Position numbers and translations under genes: made by a program. Positions 50,093 through 60,900 of a DNA stretch of 64,000 bases are shown here, one piece after another. Source of the DNA: Phallusia mammillata (Eukaryota); assembly GCA_965637545.1 (NCBI GenBank), contig OZ281495.1:31868001-31932000 (forward strand), read 5' to 3'. Position 1 is the first letter of the stretch, and each line of letters opens with the position of its first letter. A model generated the notes under the pieces. The model was not told the origin of the DNA and did not search any database. It worked only from the letters and a program-made list of their open reading frames with translations.

Positions 50093-51952
50093 AAATATTT
50101 TTACCGGAAGTAAAGCATTTAGCTTATTTTTTATGCCTGGCAACAACAGTTTATATATTGTGAGTGCATTTTAGTTAAATCACATTTATTGCTCGTCTCT
50201 TATAGTATTCCACAAATATGGAAGCTATATGTGTTGCCTTATGTTCCATTTTTTTAAAGCATCTTTCATCAAAAGACTTTTTCCAAATACATAACTGCGC
50301 CATTTACAACCAATTCCCAAAGCAAGGAACCTTTCACTTTAAACCTCTCCAAGTCTCCATTTTAGAAGTAGCACAAAAATAGGAAACTTTGTGCATCTAT
50401 TTCCAATGTACAAATTGCATGCTTTTTTTGCGTCAATACATTTGCATGTCGTGATCAGTAAGCTTGGTTTGAATTTTGGCGGCTGGTGAAATTAATTTAA
50501 ATGTAAGGTTATCGGGCAGGTGTCCCACGAAACAAAAAGGTTACAAAGCTAGACTGGTGGAAAAGTATGTAGTAAGGCAGAAGGTAATTAGCAGACTGTA
50601 AACATTAAAAAGTCTGAAGTCTTAAGATATATATATATGTCAGCTAAGTAATAGGCCTCTTTGGTATTTAATCCAATCTTTTTCAAGAATCAAGGTAGTT
50701 AGAGGGGATTAAGATTGTAAAAACTAATAGAAACGTTTAAACAGTTGATTTTGACTATTTTAATAAGTTCTACAGAATATTTGGAAAGGTCTTTTGTCAG
50801 TAATAAAAGGTATACCGTACAAAAATCAGCGAAAGGGTAATTTTGAAGTGTAAAACACTAAACCGTTTACTAAAATCATATAAACGTCGAATACAAGCTA
50901 TGCTTTGAAACAGACTAACTTTGTGATGCTTGAAACAGCAACAGAAAAATAACTTGTTGTTATTGTTACTGCGTGAAGTATAGCATTGTTGGTACAGATT
51001 TTATACAAAATGTGTTGTTTAGTTACAGGTTTATACTTCTACAGCAACATTGCTGTTACAAATATATTGTAAATGCTCTAAAGTCCACAAATTCTGCTTT
51101 GGGGGTCAAAGAGAATGACGCAAGGCCGCGTGAGAATTGAATTGGTTTCGGTATTTCCGAATTAAAAGCGTGACACAGCAAATTGGCAAGGCCTCGATAT
51201 TGCTAATACATGACGGCTTGATATTATATCATGGGACCCCAGATATTAAATCTCGTTTAAACTCCATATATGGTTTGTTAGAAACCCACGCATAAAACGA
51301 TGTGACAACATTTTTAGAAATTATATCATTTCCTCAAGCCGCTTTGCAAAGTAACGAAGTTCTGAAGGGAAAAAATGTTGATGTCAAAGGCATGTGTTGC
51401 GTCATAGGAGCGTTTGTTGCGAATAAATAAATGAGCGAATGACCACTTCCGTTCTTTATTGTCAGGTGCAGTTAGCTGGTGGTACGTCACAGCTGTTGTA
51501 AACAACTAATGCGTTAGCAATATATTTGTGTGACTGCAAAGTGATTGTATTAGTTACAGTAACAAAAAAATGGCAGAAGCAGGCGAATTCTTGGATCTAA
51601 ATTACAAAAAAACAACGCCAGAACAGGGCAATACGATAACAGATAAAAGCTTTAATGCACGTGGTGTAAACGTAACTTCAACAGTTTAGATCCCTACAAT
51701 TGAGTAAAAATGCAGACACAATAAGTTAGTTTTTAATTTTTGTGTCATAGTGTATGACTTGTAAAAGCTTATTATATGTTTACATATGTTATAATTAGTC
51801 TAGATGTGGATATAATACCGAAGGAGTGTTTAGATTTAAGGGAAAGCTGATACAAATCTTCTAATCATTATTGTGTTTTGTTCACAGAACTTTTTTTACA
51901 GTACCTGGTTTAATAACATAAGTTTAGCAGCAAAAAAAACGAATGCTTAGCT

Positions 51953-54900
51953 ATGATTTGCACCACATACACACGCGTTTGTTTGCTAACAATGCTTGCT
52001 ATGACGTACAGGATGCGCGCCACGCAAGGGCAGGAAACTGGTGACGTAGCGAGGTAAGGTTGGTGTGCAACAGTAACGAGCAATTTAATTTACAATTTTC
52101 ATCAAGTTTTAATCAAAATGTGGCTAGAAAATAAGTAAGAGCATGTCTATGTAAAGTCATAACACGGTATAAGGCCTATGGAGGGATCAACATAACACAC
52201 GCTGTCACGAATATCTGCTATAGCCCAAACCGTACATTCTGGTCCCCATAAACATGTCCAAAAAATAAAATGTAACAAGGATTAAGCTGCTGTCTATTGC
52301 TTCCAGTATTTTTTCACTGTCCATGACTTATTCTTCCATAGAAAATAATGTGGTGATACCAAATACCGCATGATACCGGATGGGAAACCGCATGAAAAGC
52401 CCTACGGTATACCGCATAATAAGCCGCATGGTATGTGGAATGTAAGAGTACAAGCCCCAACAAGCGTAAATAAGACTAGATTGTAGTGTTGTTGTTTTTT
52501 CAATTACAAACCCTCGCCCAACTCGAATAGCTCAAACAGGAAAGCGATTTCAGAAGTCCGCCAAATTAAAATTTTACATGAAGTGTATTCATGTCCACCT
52601 AAACTGCGTACTACGCGGTAACACGCAGCATCATGTGGTAGTTAGTACCACCGGAAAATGATACATCGGTGTTACTTCGAAGCGGTTGTTTTAATTAAAC
52701 TCAGGCTAACAACGTTTCAACTTTTCACCGGAACTGTGGTTTATATTAGTGCAAACCTGGCCCAGTAAGAGCACGGAGCTTTGACTGATACGTGAATTTA
52801 AAGAAACATGCTTTAAACCCACAACGCACTTCTTTATTTGGCATCAAACTGGGCATAAATAAATATTGGTAAAATAAATCGTTTGACCTGATATTGTTTA
52901 CCATATGTTTCTTACACTAAAAGACCATATTTTGTTAAACACTATTTTTGAAAAATGTTATCAGTGTTTGTATAAAAGTAAAGAGCCAATACATGATAAG
53001 CTACAGAGAATGCGCACTTGTTCGGCTTGAGTATCGCAAGGGGCTACATTAGCTCTTACGGCCGATCTCCTGTCACCAGCTGCACTGATGAGACCTTATG
53101 GGTCGAAACAGTGTGGACTGTCTTCAGCTTAAAAGTGTTTATCTGCTGCTTTAACAGCCAAGTCATTGCCATTTTTACCATTTAGCCAGCAACATGATGA
53201 ACCACTAAACATTACGAGCAACTCCGGAGCACCAGCTGCACTGCAGTCCAGCAATCTTATTCGAACTTACGCCATAACAGGTGAAAAACTATTATTGTGT
53301 AGTTAGGTAAACTCTTATGTTGTGTCCGAATTAGCTAAGTCTGTTGAAATTTCCCCACTATTTGAGACAGGTGTTCTTATTACATGCCCAGGCCACATTC
53401 TGTTATCTTCAAGCAAAGGAAATTTTCATTTAAGGTGTCCGCGCAACGCATTTCCTAGCATGTCAAGTGTTAAATGTTCAAAGTTTTAACGGCAGACTCA
53501 TTTCCTTGCACGCCTACCACCAAAATTGTTGACAGTAGTCCCATATACAAGCCGGAAGCCCCAAGACAACGCCAACATGTACTTCCTTAATGGCAAGGTA
53601 ATCCAAAACTTGGGAAGTGCCGCTCCAAGAACGTTCCTTGTTTGTTAACCGGGGCATATTTTCAGTACACAATGTCTGAAGATTCAACGGTAGAAATATA
53701 TCAACCCAACATTCTAGGGCCTCGTGAACTATGGTTTATAAATGATCGCCGTTGGTCTGCATGAACGCTTCAGGGCTGATCCCAGTACGTGTGTATGTTC
53801 ACCTTAGTTGATAAATGGTCGAACTGGTGATCACCTACTAAGAGGCTGACATGTGCAGCATACGAGACAGGCAACGGTTAATGTGATTCCACTTTCGGCG
53901 GGTTCACCACTGAGCCTGTGTAGCTCAGATGGGAGAGCAAAAGTACGAGAAAAACTTTTGTCGTGGGTTCAAATCTCACCGTAAGCTAGATTTGTCTGGC
54001 CTGTGCCTTGCCTCAGGGAATGCTAGGGAGAGCGGCTTGATTCGGCACAGCGCCTTCATGGGCCTGGCTAACTGTGAAAGATTCTAGAAGCGACAACTAG
54101 GAAATTACATTTGATAATTTTACAGCCGCACTCAAGACAACGTTTCTGAAAGCGCACAACGATGGACGGTCAATCGTATCGCCCTCAGCCAGCAATATGA
54201 GAAAGCTAACCTGGGATGATGCATTGGAGAAGCTGGCCACTGGTTATTCAAAGCAGTGCACGTTTGCACATAACCCGGTAAGTTAATTGCAGTAAATTGT
54301 AAATTGCAAGTTGTGTGGAAGCGAAAAACGAAACCAAACAGTGTCAAAGGGTTTTGGTTCCAGCTTCAATCTGGTTGTGCTTTCCAATTCATTCCACGGG
54401 AAATTTATAGATGCCAGCAAAAACTTCGCGCAACCGGTGGCGTACCTCCCCACCCCAAAAGTAAACAAAAAAATTAAAATGAACTGTACATTTTCGAGTT
54501 TTATGAAGTAGTGTTTTGGTACAAAGCAAACAAGTTTTTGCGTCGTCCTTTCTAACCGCCAAAAAGTTTGTTGCCTCAAAAAATACTATTACGCCTCGGG
54601 ACACAAACATGCCGTCATCTTATTACGTTTGTGACATGACGAGCTATTGGTCAAAGCTAAGTGCATTAATAGCGAGAAAGTCATCAGGCGAAATTTCCAT
54701 CCGGAATTTCTTTAAACGTTGACTCATTTTTCTTTCCATTGTTATTGGCACTGAATTGATGCTGTGATCTTAGTTACAATGGATAGCATAGCCAGACCGA
54801 AAAATCTGCCAGAGGGCCTTTATGCAGTAATTAATAGGTGCTCTTATAATAGCAACCAGAGTTGCAAGCCGGGCTGCGCTTTTCGGGCCGGGTTCGGTTT

Positions 54901-57900
54901 CGGGTTTCTTAAAAAACGGGTTCGATTCGGGCCTAACTTTGTGTCAGTATTTTATAAAATAAATAAAACTTGCTATTAAAAGTAGCCAGTTGCAGGTCCT
55001 CGCCTAATGTCAAACAGCCCTAACACGCCTTGTTTAAGACCAATTGTCTATTGTTTTAGTTGTCTTGGTCTTTTCCGAGGCTTTAATGTATACGCCTGTC
55101 AATCAAACTCTCCGGCCTAAACGGGCTTCCCAAAAACGAATCGGGTTTGGCTCAGATTCTGGATAAAATTTCGAGCCCACTTACTACTCTGGATCAAGTT
55201 ACGTTGACCCAACAATAAACCACAAATACTTTAAGCCAACGTTTACATTCCTTTGGCAGAATCGAGCTCACTCCAGATTCTACGTTGGCGAAAACATTTT
55301 CCTTTCTACTCGCCGACCTTTCAACTTACGCTACGCCAACGGTTCGGTTTGGGCGTGGGAAGGCGAGAAGAAGGACTACACCTTCTCAAATGGAGCCTGC
55401 ACTCCGGGAAAAATGTGCGGCCATTACACACAGGTAGGGTTGAGAAAGTAAGGTCTGGATACAAATGTTGGTAGCACAAGTGTTATAACATTACAAGCAG
55501 ACTTAAAAGGCAAGAAATGAATGTGTGGCCATTATACACAGGTAAGGTTGAGAAAGTAGGGACAGGATATATATGTTGGTAGCTTTCAACTGTCATTTCC
55601 ATAAAATATGTGTTTATTAAGGAAACAACGGCCCAAATAGACAAAGCGACACGCTTTATTATTCAAACGTTTCATCAAATGCTCATTTCAGTGATATGAG
55701 GGGCTACATTCGTTTATAATCACTTGAGTCACATAAAAGATATGTGTTTATTTATTATTTTAAAACAGATTAAAAAAGCCACTTCATGGCAAACTTGACA
55801 GCCAACCGTAACTCAGTTTCTTTAAACCGGTGGTTTTTAAAGTGGGCGCTACCTGAGACGTGTGCAAATAAGGGTGCGCTGAAGATTAAAAAAGCGAATG
55901 AAATAAGTGTGGGCACTTTGGCTACTTTTAGGGTTCTAAATTCTAATACTAAATTCAAAGTTTATAAACTGGTGTTAGGAATATAATACCATTATCAAGA
56001 CTTTCTACTTTCAGAAAAAGTTAAAATAAAAAGCAAAGGGGCGTTTTGAAATCAACAAGCCTTTGAGAAGGTGGCATAAACGCCACTAACCTAAATACTG
56101 GTCTAGGCCGCCTTTGCTTCTTTTAAACAACATTGTGAATCTGTTTCGCAGAACGTGTGGGCCGACACATTCAAAGTTGGATGCGGGGCGAGTTTGTGTT
56201 CCCAAATCAAAGTTGAGAAGAAAATATACAGAGATGCGACGATATTGATCTGCAACTACGGGCCGGGAGGCAACATTCGTGGAAGGTGGGACTATACAGT
56301 TCATTCACACTCCGAAAGTACAGACTTGCTACTGCACTAAAATCCATTACAATTTGTTTTCTCTTGTTTAACCTTTTTTCAAGCTTAAATTTGCCTTAAT
56401 TTTATTTTACGCATTGCCGAGATTTCATGCAGTTTTATGTTTCGAAGTGACAATACTGTTTTTATAGTCACAATTCTTTTAAAACAGATTTGCTTCTTAG
56501 TTTCACAAATGATTCGAACCAAGGATATACAATAATGTATTTGCAAGAAATATACTACTGCTACCATTAAACAAAGCTAGTTATCAACAATTTAACCGTG
56601 ACAGATGTAATTAACATTACAAAAAAATCCGTAAATAAACATGTTTGTTTTACAGGCAGCCGTATAAAGTGGGGCCTGCTTGCAGTCAATGTGCGAAAGG
56701 CGACACTTGCCAGAAAAAACTTTGCACAAATCCTATTAGAAGCGCCGCGAAGCCAGCAAGTAAGTAGACGCAGATAATTGAAAATTGAAAAACGTTACTT
56801 CAGTCGCATTAATTGAAATCCAATTTACATTAATTAGCCCAGGGAAACTGGGAAACTTTAATAAATAATTATCAAGAAACGTTACTGTGTTGGAGCAAAA
56901 TAGCACAGTGACAATAAATCAATACAACTCGCACATGATCGAAGTCAATAAATAACCAACAAGGTTTATATTTATAAAAAGATAATCACCAAGTAAAGAT
57001 AAGTCCGGTTTTTCACGATAAAACCAATGTAAAAAAACCCATCACTTTAGACCAGGGGTTCTTAAACTGGGGGGCGCGCCCCCCTAGGGGGGCGTGAAGG
57101 GTTCGCAAGGGGGGCGCAGCACAAATCGCAAGGGGGGCGCAGCACAATCGTCCAATTGTATTAACCAAACTTTTCCCACTGCGGGCCGCCGCATAGTTTA
57201 CATGCCCTTGTGCCGTCTTCTCAAACTTAGCCCATGAGGCGATTTTTATATGTGCGCCAAGATATGGTCTTTTTAAAACCCCATTTAAAATCTGTTAAAT
57301 TATATAGTTAGTCTCATCTTACAAGGAATGCTTGTATATTATGTCATAAGTGACACAATAAGGCAATTGTTTGCGCACAATTAACACTTTTTGTTTTGTC
57401 TGTGACGTAATAAACTGGGTTTGGATCAATCCTGGGCGTTGCAATCCTTTGAGAGTCGGTAATATTAATTTTACATGTCGTAACAGTAAACTTTCGTAAG
57501 GAGTAGATTAAGTTTTGACAGTAACAAAGTTATCAATACGATTTGGCAAACCAAAAATTGGGTCGCGAGCCGGATGAAATGACCTCGCGGGCCGTAGTTT
57601 GGTGACCCCTGTACTATATAGTCGGCTGTACATTCTTTATTTGTGCGCAATTTCGCATTAGAGATTGCCCTGACTTTGAGTGAATCAACAATTTCTGGGC
57701 AACATATGCGTAGTTTAAAAGAATACTGGCAACGTGTCTCTGTGTTCGCAAAAGCCTACTTTTTCGCAACTTATCAGTGTTGAAGTGGCTTTTTCCAACG
57801 TTCGGAACTAACTTGACAGTAGCTTAAAGCGGACCTACCATGTATGTTGTTTCCAAAAAACAAGACAAGCATCATTAGTGCTAACGTTTTTTAGGGGGGG

Positions 57901-60900
57901 CGTGAGAATAAATAATTAGTGTAAAGTGGGGCGCGACCGAAAAAGTTTAAGAACCCCTGCTTTAGACGACCTCACAACCAATAACACGTTTGCAACTGTA
58001 TATACAAGTTTTACAGACTGAAAGAGTTGAATCGCCTTAACACACCTCTAATACAACAAAACTTACCAGCAAACCACATTTTAAGGCGACCAATACAACA
58101 GTTTAGTGATTGATCAAGACCACCAAAAGCAGGGCTACAATTCATCTGAAAGACTCTGTGTTAGCAAGGGATTTTGTCGTCCATTGGTTTTACTGTTAAA
58201 AGAATGGCTAACATTTACACAGATGGATGTTTTTACAGATCCCCAATGGTCGCAATGGGTTGAAACTGCGCCATGTTCTGGTTCATGTGGGCTACGCGGC
58301 TGGGCAAAATGGGAAAGAAGCTGCAACACTTTTGTACGTAAAGACTGCGGAGACGGAGCTTCAGGGCAATTTAGACAGTGCGTTGGGTCTTGCGGAACAA
58401 CGGAAGCTCCAGCCAGTAAGTTTCAATCAAACAATGAAACAATGTCATTTAGTGTACAACTGTGACCACAGAGTTGTTTTCAAGTATTTTTCACTTTGAC
58501 GCTTGAAAGTGCTTGGAAGACCGAATGTAATACCAATTTAGCCCGTAATAAATATTGCATACAATGAAATTGATTAACAAGCAAGACGTTGCACAAACAA
58601 ATTAGACATAAATCAAGAATCACTAAGTTATCAGTAAACATGCTAATCAATTATAAATAATGTTACCCAAAGCTTAACATTTATTTTCAATGAAATTACA
58701 CCAAAACACCGTGAAGTGTTTACATTTGTGGAAAAAACTACTGTCAATAAACGGTGTAAAAACGACAAAAACTGGATCACTGATAATATGGCAATGATCT
58801 TTTCTGAAAGGTTGGATAAAACAAAGCATATAAATTTTACGACTCAATAGTTAAGTAGGTTTCTCAAACAAGGCCGTGTTCAATGTTTTCATCTGAAAGT
58901 GTCGGAACCATAACGACAATTTTTTTCAGCATGGAGACCTTGGCAAGCATGGGGAACTTGCTCGCGCCTTTGCGGTGGAGGTCAAAGGTCAAGAACACGA
59001 GTTTGCAGCACTGAAAAATCGAGCGACTGCACTGGAGGGTCGACATCTCAGTCAGCATGCAACGAACAAGCGTGTCCTGGTGAGTGCAATGTTTTGTTGT
59101 AGACATTTGTACAGTCAGGAATTCGGCGCAGAATTTTTGTTCACGAAAACTAACTTACAATCGTTGCACACTGTATATTAAGAAATCGATTTTCAACGCA
59201 AGTCCCGGAAAGACTCCAGTCGCGGTTTCGAATCCCAGCGCAAACGATTTCTTTCTGTGCCTTGTCATACGGGAATGCTTGGGAAACTGACTTAAATCAG
59301 TATTACACCTTTCATGGGCCTGGCGTACCATGATTTATTAATGAGTATGCCCTGATCGCTGGTACGCACTTCAAGGCTGATCTCAGTATGTATTAATTCA
59401 CGTTAGCAAATCTTACACTGCGACAGTAATGACCTTGAGGCCGCCCAATGTTACATATCCTGTACGCACACGGCCCCTCAGGCTAAGTGGCATTAATACT
59501 GAATAAACCCTTATTAAAATTTAGCACGAGTACGTGTGTGTAAGTTTTTATCATGAACGCTTTATTCCAGCTTGGAACACGTGGCAAAGCTGGGGTCAGT
59601 GCACACTGACGTGTGGAAGAGGACGACGCACTAGAGGTCGCACTTGCAACACGGGAAATAACCGAGATTGCACCGGATTGTCTACGTCATCATCAGCTTG
59701 CAACACACCAGCTTGTCCAAGTAAGGCTTTTGTGGTCTGTATCAGAGATGTTGACTGATAAAAATAATACAGGCTCAACCATGAAACGTGAATGGGTTTA
59801 ATTATTTAAACACTTTTGGGAAAAGTATAGAGATCACTTCAAAGTTTCAAATCTATACAACGTCGCTCACGGACCGGCTGTTAGATACCAACAGTGAAAG
59901 AACACATCTACAAAATGTAAAAGAAATGTTTGTTTGATGTTAAAGCCGTTTGATCCCGCATTTAATTCTCACGGATGTATTAACACCTACCTATCGTATA
60001 GCGGTAATTTTTTGTTTTAACTGCTGGCTGATTTTGTATTTAGTACATTTTACACTTTTTAACCACATTCCACACAAAAATCGTTTCGAGATTCATCCGT
60101 TGAATCAGCCGGCCCCAAACATTCCCCACCATATGGCAAGGCGTAGGCTAGAAAAATCTAGCCTGCGGTGGGATTCAAACCCAAGACAAGAGTATTTTCT
60201 TCGTATGCTTCACATGTCAGCTTTGTAAAAGGGGATCGCCAGTTTGATTAAAGCAAAAGATTTTACCCAGGTTTAAGTCAAGTTCACGGCATTTGTCAAC
60301 AAAACCCGTGCCCGACAACACACCCATTATTGTTGTTTCTCTCAAGAACTGTTTAACACCAAATTTTGTTTTGTTTTCAGCATGGGAACAATGGCAAACC
60401 TGGGGTCAATGTTCGAAACTGTGCGGAGGAGGAGAACGGACGAGGAATCGGCTCTGCAGCTCAGGAAAAACTGCGCAATGTACCGGAAGGGATACTATGA
60501 CGTCACAATGCAACACGCGCGCTTGTGCTGTGCCAAGTAAGAAACGAATTTTTCTTGAAGTGACGCTTGAAGTACAGCATTGCTGCGTATCATGACTACT
60601 CCATGAATAAGAACTATATTTTCAGGAATAACAGATCAGTGTTAGAAAATCCAAGCCCGTAGGTTTTTTAAACATCAAAGCATATCTTACTGTTCAAACG
60701 CATTTTCAATCGTTTTGGAAGAATGACATATGCTACCTTAATGTAAAACGTTCACCATGCAGGTCCTGCGAAGTTTGAACAGTAACGATTTATTGTTACA
60801 ACTTATACAGTGTAATAGGTTCCGCTCATGCAGAATAATATAAACGTGATTCGGAAATCAGGTCCAACGAAAACATGTACCTCTCTGCATTAGCATATTT

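Noticed and set aside
53158-53185. Upstream acceptor (ttaacAG, 53157) for gene 2 exon 2
   Set aside because: It gives phase 1, incompatible with the phase-2 donor at 52054; tttAG at 53185 fits.
53910-53985. Intact tRNA gene
   Set aside because: A- and B-boxes are present but there is no proper anticodon arm or acceptor stem, and the downstream body is shared with dispersed repeats, so it is a SINE head.
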